Shown here: positions 49,601-61,400 of the stretch, in pieces | Position numbering within the stretch: position 1 is the stretch's first letter | Layout: every line of letters begins with the position of its first letter | Translations under genes and position numbers: made by a program | The notes under the pieces: model-generated | Databases searched by the model: none | Told to the model about the DNA's origin: nothing | Seen by the model: only the letters and a program-made list of their open reading frames with translations | NCBI RefSeq assembly: GCF_000315625.1 | Contig: NW_005434669.1 | Coordinates: 62,001-126,000, forward strand | DNA length: 64,000 nt | Origin: Guillardia theta CCMP2712 | Lineage: Eukaryota > Protista > Cryptophyta | Direction: 5' to 3'

Positions 49601-52522
49601 TCAGGCGAGGAGGACGGGGCAGCGGCAGCCTCCAAACGGAAGAAGAAGGAGGAGGAAGAGTCCAAGGAATCCTCCTCCAAGGACCCACTTGTGCTTGCTC
49701 TGCATGCCGGAGACCTGGAACAAGTTCGGCTGCTCCTTAAGAAGGAGCCTCAGAATCTCCGCACCATCCGCACTCACGATGTGCTCCATGCAGCCATCGA
49801 GGGCAAATCCCTGGAGTGCGTGAAGGAGATTTTCGGAAGAGGAGCAGACGTGAACTCACGGCAGGGCAAGTCGGAAGTGACGCCACTGCTGCTCGCGCTG
49901 TCGTTGAGAGAGGAGAGCATCGCGAGCTACCTGCTCGAGAGGAATGCTGATGTCTTCCGGAGCGATGCTGATGGAACCTTGCCGCTCCACATGGCAGCTG
50001 CTGCATGTGGCATACCGTGAGACTCTTTCTCAACTTCCGTGCTGTTCTCCCTCACTCTCCTCCTCCTCATTGTCCTCCTCCTGAAAATCCTTTGTTTTTG
50101 CGTATCATGCTCTGACTTTCTCTTTAGTGTTGTACAGAATATTATCTTTCAAATGAACAAGTTGAAGCCGTCCTCGAAGAATGCTTCGAGGACAGACAAG
50201 CGAGGGCAGCAAGCTCTGCACTATGCGGCGGCAGAGGGGAACATGGAGGTGATGTTGCATCTGGTGAACCAGCACAAGGTAGAGGTAGACTGTCTGGACT
50301 CCCACGACATCTCTCCTCTCCACATCCTGTCCATGTCAGGGCACGTTGACTGCATCCTTCCCTGGATTCAGCAGCACGCGGCAAAGCCTCAGCTAGAGGA
50401 CAAGGACGGTATGAGTGCGCTACATCATGCTGCCCATGCCGGACATGCCGGATGCATCGCCCCGCTCATCAGCATGGGATGTGCTGTGAACAAGCCGCTT
50501 CCTACATCTACCTCCCTCGTCCCAGGAGCGACTCCACTACATCTGGCAGCATGCGGAGGTCACGTGGACTGCGTGAAGGTGCTGATTGAGCATGGTGCTA
50601 ACGTGGACCAAAGGGACTCGCAAGGCTGGAGCCCCCTGCTGTACGCAGACTTCATGAAGAACCGCTCGTGTGTGGTAGCGATGCTCCAGCCCGAGAACGC
50701 TGAGGTCTGTGCGGCGCAGCTGAAGAACCTTGCTTCCCTGATGCTCAGCGATCATGGCGAGACGCTGGAGAGAGTCGTCAAGGTTGTCGAGTACGCAGCC
50801 ACCATCCCCGAGTTCTATGAGGCGATCAACCGGCTGGTCCAGTCAGACCCGGAGGCTCTTGCTGGCTGCATGTCCTTCCTCCTGCGGAACAGCTCGCTGC
50901 TGTCGTATCAGAGCAAAGTCTCGTGGCTGCGGCGAGAGATTAACCGTACCACTACTAAGGGCCTGATCTTCCACTGGGGCAGGATCGACTGCAAGCTCTT
51001 GATTGACAGGAGCAGGATCGTGGAGTCGAGCATCGGAGCTCTGATCGGCCAGAGCGAGGAAAGCTGCAGGAGCAGGCACTTTGAAGTGAACTTCTTGGGA
51101 GAGGAGGGGACTGGCACCGGCCCACAGAGAGAGTACTTTGCAGTCGCCTCGAAGAAGTTTGTGTGTGAAGATTACGGGCTGTTCGGCCTGAGCTCGGGCA
51201 CGAGAGTGTACCACCCTCTAGCGGGAGACTTGTCGAGGAAACTTCAATGGAAATCAAGAAACGATGACGCCGCTGACTGCGTCATTCTCGACTATCCCTC
51301 AGGTGCTCTTACGGCTCAAAGCGGGATGTTTGCCTTCGGCAGGCTGCTCGGCCTTGCCATCCGTCATCAGAGCCTGGTAGACGTGAAGTTCAGCAGAGCA
51401 TTCCTGCGAATGATTGTGGGAGGGAAACTTGAATTGGAGATGCTCGAGGAGATCGAACCAGATCTCTACCGCAACTTGTGCGCGCTGAAAGGGCACCAAG
51501 ACCACGAGGCCATGGACCTTGACTTCACCATCTTGACTGACTACCAACGTGCAGGGGATGAGTTGAACGGTGATACAGTTGAGATCTAAGAGTGTAGGAG
51601 GGGGTTGACGAGGATTGCAGAACAAGGCAAAGTTCAAGCCAGCAAGCAGAAGGTGGAGTTGATGGAGAATGGAGAGAACATCAAAGTGGACAGCACTAAC
51701 ATTGTAAGTGAATGAGACTCCATTCATCATTCTCCTCATCATCCTTGGCAGGAGAAGTACGTCGAACTCTACATCTTGTACAAACTTCGCGATGGTGCCA
51801 AGAAGCTGATGGACAGGCTGCTACATGGGTTCTTCGAGGTCGTGCCCAAGGTCCCTCCCTCCCGTCCTCATCTCCTCCCTGCTCACGCATGCTTCAGCCT
51901 GCCATTCGAATCTTCTCCGACCAAGAGCTCGACCTCCTCCTTTGCGGGCTCCCCAAGATAGACGTGGACGACTGGCGGCGATGGTGCCGATACTCCGGTG
52001 ACTGGCTACTCCATTCTCAGACAACTCCAGCTGAGACTGAGCTGCTAGGGACGAGTCAGGGCGAGCAGCTTTGTGAGACTAGCCAGCTCTCTCTGTGGTT
52101 CTGGGAGTTTGTCTGCTCGAAGGAGGAAGCTGAACGTGCTCTGCTGCTCAAGTTCTGCACTGGGAGCTCAGTGGTACCCGATGAGTTTCGCTGCTTTCAG
52201 TGACCCCCTGACTCCACTCATAGTCTCCTTCCGTGGGCTTTGAAAACCTCCCTGGCCTCAGCTCCATCTGTCGGTTTACGCTGGCGTGCACTCAAGAGGG
52301 TAGAGCAGGCTGCGACGTGTCAAAGGAAGTGACTTGAAGCAGGTGACGATCGGCTGCCCACTGCAAGCACCTGCTTCAACCTGCTCAAGATCCCCGACTA
52401 CTCCAGCAAGGAGGTTGCTGCTTCTCCAACTACAAAGCATGAACTGATACACCTGGCAGATCCTGGAGGAGAGGTTCCACGTAGCGTTACATTATGGTAG
52501 CGAGGGCTTTTCCTTCTCCTAA
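46611..52522 (+). CDS. Ankyrin-repeat HECT E3 ubiquitin ligase (HACE1-like) with long acidic N-terminal extension
   Basis: Ankyrin repeats (GATPLHLAACGGHVDCVKVLIEHGANVD). HECT motifs FLGEEGTGTGPQREYF, FGRLLGLAI, LLKFCTGSS and catalytic RLPTASTCFNLLKIPDYSS..GSEGFSFS*. Confidence 0.92.
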
Positions 52523-53940
52523 GTGAACTCTGTCCTTGGCTGCGAGACTCAACCTCCACTCTCCCTCTCCCTTCTTCCGTTACTCACTCCTCTTCTTCCC
52601 TATCTTCACCGCCTCCTTCTCTTCTCTCCTCTCCTCTCCTCTCATCCCTTCCCCTCCCTTTTCTCTCCTCTCCTCAACCCATCTTGCTGTTCTTTATAAC
52701 AGACATCGAATAGAAGGAGTGATTGATTGGCATGAAAAGTGAGAGTCAGGGTACACAGTTCATTTGCAAACAAGCACGTTCGCGAGCTGCCAACAACTCA
52801 CCCGCACCCATCTACCCACCAACACGCGTTCTACCCGCGTCTCCTCCTTGAAATGAGCAAGTATTCCTGTCCTCGTTCAGCTTCCCACTTCTTCCATGCA
52901 CGCTCTTGCCGTGAGCGTGAGGGTAGCAGACATGTTCTCCAGGATGCTACTCTATTTCTGACGACGATTCCCCTTGAATGAAAGTAGAGCCCACGATCGT
53001 CCTCTACTTGTAGCCAATCTTTTTCATCTGGAGAGTGTCCTGTTCTTTTCGAGAAGTGTCTTTGTCCACGTTCTTGTTCCTGCATCCTCGTCCATGCTGC
53101 CCCTGCCCCTGCCCCTGCCTTTAGGGCGTCTCTGTCCATGGCTACTTGATGAACAAAAAAAAAGCACAAGTCTGCCTCAGTATTCTTCTATTTGTTCTGT
53201 GAGGGGCAGCAAATCTCTTCGCTGTTTCTGTCGTAAAGCAAAGGTGGGTCACAAATACATTTCCGTTTGCTATAATATTATATATATATAACATTATAGG
53301 TAACATGACTCCTTGTATTGCAACGAGCCAAATTGGGGCACTTCAGGGAATTTCTTTGGGGATAATGGGGGTAGTCATACCAGGGTAGTATGGGTCGTAT
53401 TTCGTTTTTTAATTGATTATGAAAATATATCTTTTCGGAATGGAGATTCGATCTCCCAGTAGTGCACGTCTTCTGGTACCCGATCGTGTCTCCCCTTTGC
53501 TGACAGTTCTAAATTGTTTTTAAAAATTCTTTTTGACGGGTTTACGACCCCCACTGCCCTCAAAATGAAATAGTACCCCTTCTGTTAGGTTCAAATACAT
53601 GGACAAATGACCGGTATTGTGTCAACTCTTCTCGAACCACCCCCAGTCGCGGTCCAGGTGTGTGAATTGTACGATGGCCGCGCCGCGCACGAGGGGAGAA
53701 AACGCGAGGAGAGGGGGAATGGGGAAGAGAGAGAGGAAGGAGAGGAGAGGGCCAGACTTTGATGGGCAGAGAAGAGAGGACGAAGTAGAAGCAAACAGAG
53801 GACAAAGGAGATGGAGAGAGCGAGACGGGGTAACAGGAGAAGTGTTGTAATTGAATGTTTGGCAGTCGTTCTATGGAGGACAGGAACAATCATGTGAGAC
53901 GTTGATAGACAAAATTTGAAAGAGAAAGCTGTTAGTTAGA

Positions 53941-54027
53941 AGATCATGAGTTATGCTATGGTTCGGTCATTTTATCGTAAGGTCATGAGTTTTGCTCTGG
54001 CTCGGTTATTTCATCATAAGATCATGA
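53941..54027. repeat. Degenerate 39-bp tandem repeat (~2.2 copies)
   Basis: AGATCATGAGTTATGCTATGGTTCGGTCATTTTATCGTA / AGGTCATGAGTTTTGCTCTGGCTCGGTTATTTCATCATA / AGATCATGA. Confidence 0.8.
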
Positions 54028-54117
54028 AACATCATAGTTATTTTATACTGATTGTTGTGTTTGCAGTACAGCGACTGGTATTCATGCCGATGAATCTTAA
54101 TCTTCAGTTGGGTTGAC

Positions 54118-55074
54118 ATGAAAAGCAAGATCTTGAGTTTCTTGTTTGGAAACCCAAGAATGAGAAGATTTGAACCCGCACAACACCAAAGGGAGGAAAA
54201 AACGTGCCTCTCCGGCTCGTTTAAAGTGATTCAGAGTGGGGAAAAGGCAACTTCTTCGAAGCAGATCTATGCCTTGTGGTTTGATATGACATTCAGTCAG
54301 AATTACACAGGGGGTGGAACCTTCTTGAGTTGGAACTCAACAGGGGACAGGGAGAGGAGTTCGACTTTTCAGAGCTTTCAGCTCTTTGAAATGAATGTAG
54401 AGAGAGAAGGTTTTCTCGGCATGCCTGCTGTCTTGACACCTTGGCTGGAAGCGTTCTATCTTGTTCAAGATTGTGTCAACGCTTTCAACTGCATATTCAA
54501 GGAGAGATCGCTGGACTTCTCCTACTCTTACAACTTCTCAAACCTGGAAGATTCTCTTCCAGTCAGGAAGGGAGGCGATTCCGTCAAGGACGAGGAGGAG
54601 GACTCGTTGAGCGGAGCTTTCAGTCACTTCTCATGGTTGATCAGTGGCGGCAGGTTCTTGATCGAGTTCAAGCGCAAGTCCATGGAGGACTGTTGCCTTT
54701 CAAGCTTTGTGCATTGTAACGACGACGATCTGTGCTGCGGGCCAATGAACGAAGGGATGGCTGGTGTTCGACAATTCTTCCGCGTGCACAAATGCTCGAG
54801 CGAGTGCAAGGTCATGTCAGAGCGACTGAAGACAAGAGTCTGCTGGCTGCAGAGAGATCACAAGGAGCTGAAAAACACAGCGAGATTTCAAGCAGAAGAT
54901 CTGGCAAAAAGGTTGACGCATGCGATGGAACAGGAGCTGGTGAATGAGAAACAAAGGAGAAGTAGTGACCAAGTAGACAGCACACAGAAAGATGAGACTC
55001 ATCGTAAACGGAGGCCGAGATCATCGAGTCCTGTCCAGTCTTCACGGAGGTTGAGTCCGAGCATATCAGACTAG
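54118..55074 (+). CDS. Divergent alpha-kinase (eEF2K/MHCK-like) domain protein, probably catalytically dead
   Basis: 318-aa ORF with AFSHFSW..SGG.FLI, G..N.G..GVRQFFRVHKCSSEC (zinc-site H/H/C/C retained), followed by a short coiled coil. Confidence 0.72.
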   Translation: MKSKILSFLFGNPRMRRFEPAQHQREEKTCLSGSFKVIQSGEKATSSKQIYALWFDMTFSQNYTGGGTFLSWNSTGDRERSSTFQSFQLFEMNVEREGFLGMPAVLTPWLEAFYLVQDCVNAFNCIFKERSLDFSYSYNFSNLEDSLPVRKGGDSVKDEEEDSLSGAFSHFSWLISGGRFLIEFKRKSMEDCCLSSFVHCNDDDLCCGPMNEGMAGVRQFFRVHKCSSECKVMSERLKTRVCWLQRDHKELKNTARFQAEDLAKRLTHAMEQELVNEKQRRSSDQVDSTQKDETHRKRRPRSSSPVQSSRRLSPSISD

Positions 55075-55129
55075 AAAACTGTCAAGAGTGTATGTTACCC
55101 TTCACTGTATTTTTATCGAACACCAAAAG

Positions 55130-58100
55130 AATAATGAATGAATGTATTTACACCTTACATATCACTTCTCGGCTTTATGTGTCTGTGAGGAGGGTCAGAT
55201 GATGGACACGCTGAGTGGCAGATACCTCGGCATCTCTCTATCAAAATCTGAGACAAGACGCTCCTGTCTGGAGTAATTGTCTTCAGCTACCTCTTCGATC
55301 TTCCTGCCATCATGTGGTCTCACATCAAGAAACATCTCACTCTCTCTCTGTCGCACTTCACATGCTCGTGTTTGATGAGGTCAGGAAAGGACTTGACACT
55401 CTCTTCGATATCCAGCAGCGTCGCTTGAAGCTCTCGGTGCATCTTGTCTTTCAAGGCCTCCAGTTTCTCCTCAACCTTGCAGATGAAACGCAAGTCAGCA
55501 ACGTCGCTGACTTGCGTTCCAAGGAACCGGCCGTTCTCACCTCTTTTGACTGGTGCGATAGCGAGGAGACTATCCATTGCGTTCGGAGCTCTTCCTTCTG
55601 CAGTTGGGATCGGTGTATCGATTGGATCTGATCTTTGATCTAATAGGCAAGAATGCATCATGATTTGAATGTACACCGACGGCCTCCCGAGCTCACACCT
55701 TTGCAATGTCAGCACGACTGCTCAAATCAAGCGCTTTTTCTCTCATCCGAGGCTTGAAAATCATGATTCAGAGCGATCTCAATGAACTAATTGATCAAAC
55801 CAGAATTTGTCTCCCATCCAACTTGGTCAAAGAGGGGAAGCTGTTGAGAACAGTTGCCTGATGAAGCATACTGTCACCTTGTAGGTCGTTCTCTATTAGA
55901 TTTAATTCTGTCAAGGCTGGTTTGATGTTTCAGAGAGTTGTGAAACACGGAGAGATCAAAACTTCACATGAGGTACAGGTTGAAAGAGGCTCCAAGATTT
56001 GTTCGAGATGTGAGAATCTGGCGAATTGGTAACTTCTCGATCAACGACAAACGACTGCTACTTGTTTGTTTCAAGATCAATCAAGAGCAGTCTGTTGAGA
56101 TGGTTAAGAAAATCATCAGAGATGCTATTAAACCTGTTGGAGAGATGAGCTCGATGGTAGCGAACGGTTTTGTCCTCCGGGAAATGTCACAGAAAGAAAA
56201 ACATTCCGTGAAACTACATCTTGCTGTAATGATCCTGAGTTGGAGCTCTTGGTTGTAGAAAGCTCCCTGTCAATGAAATGAGAAATGAAACTTTTCTTTG
56301 TTCAAGAACCTCAACAAGTTTTGTCTTGCAGACAGCACTTGTAGACTTGGTAGCCTTTGGTCCAGTCAGGGGGGCATGTTGAGAATGAACTATAACCTCT
56401 CCAGACCAGCCAAAGTTTCTAGTTGATTCGCATCCAACCTGAAACAGGATGTCCTTACAAGATTCACTTGTGAAGATCAAGCCAACCTCAAGTCAGTCAG
56501 GCTGCTCATTGAAAAGACATCAGAGACTTGTTTCAAATAGTTGTAGGACAGGTTGAGAATCTAATGCCGACATTAGCTGCTATCAGTCAAAGTTACGGTC
56601 GCAATCACCCGCAAGCTTTTGAGCTTCTCAAGACCTCCGTATGAGAGAATCGACTCTCGATTGCCCGAGAAGCAATTTGAAATGTCTGTGTCATGCCCTG
56701 GACGTCAATCGCATTTCAACAGATGATCGAATAGATCTTGCATGTTGCAAACCAAGTCGATTATAGGACAAGTTGACTTCAACAGCGTTTGGGACTGCTC
56801 CGAGGCCATCGAGATGTGAGATACAGTTGCAAGACAGGTCTGCAAAGATCAAAGTTCAGCTCATGAAGCATTGGATGCTCTTCACCGAGCTTCCGAAGGT
56901 GAATGAAGGCAGCCAGTCCTCCGTTTGAGAGCATTGAGATATTATTTACTGCCCCATGAGAATTAGAGTCTGCCGACCAAAAGTCCTCAAGGTCTGCAGA
57001 CAGACCTGAAAGGTCCAGTGATAAGATTGTATGCCCATTGTATTGAGAACCATCATTCAGCTTTTCGCCCTGGGATATTAAGAAATATCGTCAGGATTTC
57101 GAATCCTTTGAGGGCTTTGTGCGTACCAGCCGAGGGTCGCTTTCAGCATCAAAATCTTTCAGATCGAAGCATGCGGAAACAAATGGAATCTACAGGACAA
57201 GAAAACGAGCACGTTGAGAGGAAGATCGTCAGTTGATTATGATGGATTATCATATTCCGACCTGACAACAGCGAAGATTTGCATAATACCACTTCACTTT
57301 CCTGCCCCGAAGACCCGCACTACCTTGCACCTTTATCCTGTTGATGCCTGAAGCAGATGTTACGCGCTTTGAAGCATCAACCAGATGCATGACTCACTCC
57401 AACTGTCTGGGAAGTCATGCAGCTGAGAAACTTTGCTGTGCAGATCAGGGACGATACAAGCAAGCTTGTTTTCGGAGAGAACGTAATATTTCTCGTGTGC
57501 ACTCTTCTGCAAGTGCAACTAGATCAGATCGGAGATGTCAAGTGCTGATGATACCGTAGAAGGAGCTCGTTGAAAGGCTTCGTCTTGCTTCAAGGGATCA
57601 ACCTTTCATCGGAGAGCTTCCGTCAAGACCGTCTCCAAGTAAAGAGGGCCGTACCTGCACGATCTCTTTTCTGCTTTGTTTGATCAGCTTGTGGTACTCA
57701 TCCATGTAAGGGCTTTGCCATATCGTCTGCTTTGTGGCTGCATTGGAATAGTATATTCGGCCATTCTTGTCTCTGAACTTCCCCCAGGGTGGAAGTATTC
57801 TGTCATTGGCGGCTTTTTCAGCTATCCACATGAGCTTGTCATCCTGGGGACACAGACATTCAGGCAAGAAGCAGAGGAGGTGTCTCTTCCTGTACCTTGT
57901 CAGGATTCAGTCCGAGCTGTTTTGCATGGAACAGAACTTCCTTGGGGTAGTTGACTTTCTTCCTGGCTTCACCTCCATTCCCTTCCTTGGACCTGTTCCG
58001 ATCAGCCGCCCTCTCTCTCGCTGCTGCCCCACCATGAGGAGCTCTGTCTGCGGCGTGTACTCCTTCCTTCTTCGCTCCTTCATTCTCATTCTCAGCATCG

Positions 58101-58141
58101 CTGCCTTGCAGCTCCCGCGGCCGAGACCTGCCACCTCCCAT
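55130..58141 (-). CDS. Protein with CEP164-like N-terminal WW module, leucine-rich repeats and C-terminal coiled coil
   Basis: EVLFHAKQLGLNPDK|DDKLMWIAEKA..LPPWGKFRDKNGRIYYSNAATKQTIWQSP. Downstream DLSCNCISHLDGL, VNLSYNRL, LNLSYNYLKQV, LDANQLETLAGL. Joining into one gene is inferred. Confidence 0.6.
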
Positions 58142-58419
58142 TCTTCAAGCCATGTCGAGGACCGTTGATCGAAACCAGGAAGCCGGATGACCATTACCTG
58201 CCCAATTCGGTTAAAATCGCAACTTTGCTTGATTTAAACCGAGGAAATCCCTTTGCCGGAAATATGGGGTATGGCGAGGGCGCGAGAAGCTGAGGGGGGC
58301 GAGAAGAGGATGTAACGCGCAGCATCGGCGATGGCGAGTGAGTCGCACTAGGGATGAACTTCTCGCAAGCTGCTTGATAGCGCAGGCAACACCCCTGAGA
58401 GAGACAGAGTGCAGGAAGA

Positions 58420-61400
58420 ATGCAGAGTATACTGAGCTCGCGCAGCAAGGTAGGGAGTGAGCTCTTCACGAACAGAACAGAGCACAGCTTCGGTGCTGAG
58501 TCTCTGCAATTCGGTGTCCAGCACAGCAATGACAAGGAGACGCCATGCGTGTGTCTCGGTGATGTGCTGTCATTGTACTTCGACGACCTGGGTAGCTGCA
58601 TATCTTCCGATGGCTTTGTAGACGAGGACTGCGAAGTACCTAAACTCTCCGTTATGGACTCGTTGAGAGTGGATGGGACCCTTTTCCGGGTCGTTGCAAA
58701 GCAGCTGTACACGTTCCAGAAGAAGCTGAACAGCAAGGTGAAGAAGATCATACAGACGACGCACCCTGTAGGAGGCGATGAGGTACTGAACTTCGAGGAG
58801 GTGCTTCCGGAAGAGAGGCATTTCCTAGAAAAGCTGAATGCTGAGGCCGAGGCTGAAAAGAACCACAACATGTCTGAGTGCACGAGGACTCTTGGTGCGA
58901 TCGTCAACTACGGGCAGGTGATACAACTCCAGCACCTCAAGAGCGGCAAGTTCCTCGCAATCAAACCTAAGGAGGTAGCGGAGATAGATAGCAACTGCCA
59001 CAGGGTAGTGTTGACAGATCAAGGTAGCCAGGAGGTCTGGTGGATCCTTGAGCCTCGATACAAGCTGCAGAACACGATAGAGTCGATCAACTACGGTGAC
59101 TCGATCTGTCTGGCGTCCGTGAAAGTGTCTGGGCAGTACTTGCACTGTGCGCATGAAGTGAAAAGCAACGTGATATCTTCTGGGACGGCCCTGAGCAAGT
59201 ATGAAGTCAACGCCTCCGATGTGAGAATATCCTGGAAGCTCAAGCTCTACACGAGCTGGCAGCCTGGGCTGGATCATGTGGTGAAGGGTGGAGACCTGCT
59301 GCAAATCTCACATGTGGAGAGCGAATCTTACCTTTCGTACGGGATGGAGAAGTCGGGGCTGTGTCTGGACAAGTCAAAGCATCTCAAGATCGCCAAGGGG
59401 TACACGAAGAAGAGGGAGCACATCGACGTCTACTCGTTGTGGCAGATCGAGCAGCCAGAATGTGGCGACGGGGGGTTCTTTCAGTTCGGCGGGTCTTTTC
59501 GGCTAAGGCACATAGCTACCAACACTTACCTTGCAGTTCGGAGGATTCGAGATGAAGGTGTGCCATCTATGATCTCAGAACCGATCCCACAGACTCTCTT
59601 CAAGATCCACAATGCAGGACAGTTCGCCTCCAACACGATCGTGTGGGACACGATCGCCTACCTCCAGTGTACCAGCTCGAGTGGATTTCTTCACCCTGAG
59701 CCGGACTCGCACAAGAAGAACATAATGCAGCTGCAGACTGGGAGGGAGGCTTCAATGTGCGACACGTTCCGCCTCAATCGTGTAGACCCGGTGATCGCCT
59801 CGGTCTTCTACGAGGTACATGGCTGGGAAGCCGATGTGTCCTTTGTCCCTTGCTGATCCCTTGAAAACAGATTGAAAGCTATAGAAACGTGCTCCTCTCC
59901 CTCCTCCCACCTGACTTCGGGAATGACAGCTCGGATTTTTTCTTGAACAATCTTGATAGGGCAATGTACAGGTATCGTTTGTAGTGGATGAGAGATGCTA
60001 TGTTGCTGACTGCTGCGGATGCAGAACCTTTGTGAAGACCTTGAAGGGGATAGAAACGTTCTGTTCTTTCCGTCGTAACCATGCAAACACTGTCGTCTCA
60101 ACATCTTTCCGCCTCGAGAGTGTGCAGCTGTCGTGGGCGAACGCCGTCACCAACATCGTTCTTCGGCAGCTGTTTGTTCATGAGATGGGAGTGCTACAGC
60201 TTGTCATCAAGATGACAAACTCTTTGCAAAAGGCGATCAAGAACCTGTCAAATGATCCTGATCAGTCGATGCTTCTGTCTGCCAGTCCACGTGGTGCTCT
60301 CAAGAGCTTCCGTGACAGTGTTCTGCAAACTCCAGGGCGGGAGGCGACTTACTCCAAGTACCAGCACATCATCCACCTGTTTCAGTTGTCTCATCGCGCA
60401 CTCTCGGCCTCGTTGAGCAACAACAAAGAGACTGTGAATGCTCTCGGTGACGACATGTTGCTCATCATGCAGCAACTTTCGTTGGACCCTCGGTTTGCGA
60501 AGTATGTTCTGCAAACAGTCACGACGATCTTATCGGCCAAATCCCATTTTGTTGAGCTTATGAATCCATCCATCTTGGAGCACGTGCTTACGTCCATAGA
60601 CACGCACACCACAGACCGTCCTGTCTACGTCGACCTCCTTTCGCAGTTTTTGAAGAATCAGAATCGTGGGATTGCGAGGAATCAATGTTTGGTTCTTAAG
60701 CGGTTTATCATGGACAAGAGGAGGAGACAGTATCTCTACGAGACGTTCTCTCCTGATCAAGGGATCATCATGATCAAGAACTGTATTGATCCGAAGCAGA
60801 AGGATGTGACGGCCAAGACTTACGACCTTGAGGCCCTGGCAGCAGGAGCTGACGATGATGTCTTGAGGATGTACACCTCGACAGTGGAGCTCTTGGATGC
60901 TCTTTGTACAGGAGACAACCATGCGTCTCGTGTCATGATAACGGGAGGAGTGTACAGATTTGCAGACTTCAGCACAATCATGCAGTGCATTGGGAACGAG
61001 CGGCTTCCGTACAACCTGAGGACTCTCTACTCGCGCCTGATGAATCACCTGTACTTCAAACCGAACCTCGTCTGCAGTGAAACAACATTGAAGACAGTGT
61101 TCACCATCGAAGATCTCGGAGCCGATCCGTTTGCCGTGTTTGACATCGAGGAGAAATACGCCGACATGCATCGGGAGCTGAAGCGAGAACTGCTGGCGCT
61201 GTTCGGCAACCATTCCTCCTTCTTTGTCCCAGAGGTTGAGAAGGGTTCCAATGAGTTCTCCATGAGTCTTATCCAGCTCTGCTACTCGCTCATCACTAAC
61301 GGAGCCTTCCGGTCGGAGTCGGAGATCCAGCAGGAGCTCGTTCCTGTCCTCATCTGCCTCCTGGAGCCTTCGACAGATGAGGTGAAGCAATCGGAGATGA

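Noticed and set aside
52760-53170. Possible small minus-strand gene
   Set aside because: Could not build a consistent spliced frame or recognise any motif.
10174-58141. Ciliary gene cluster (CEP290, CEP164-like, coiled-coil proteins)
   Set aside because: The genes are tens of kb apart and separated by unrelated genes; expected by chance in a flagellate.
59816-60130. Apparent stop or frameshift splitting the ITPR gene (pseudogene?)
   Set aside because: The stop follows a good donor (GAG|gtacat) and is best explained by an intron.
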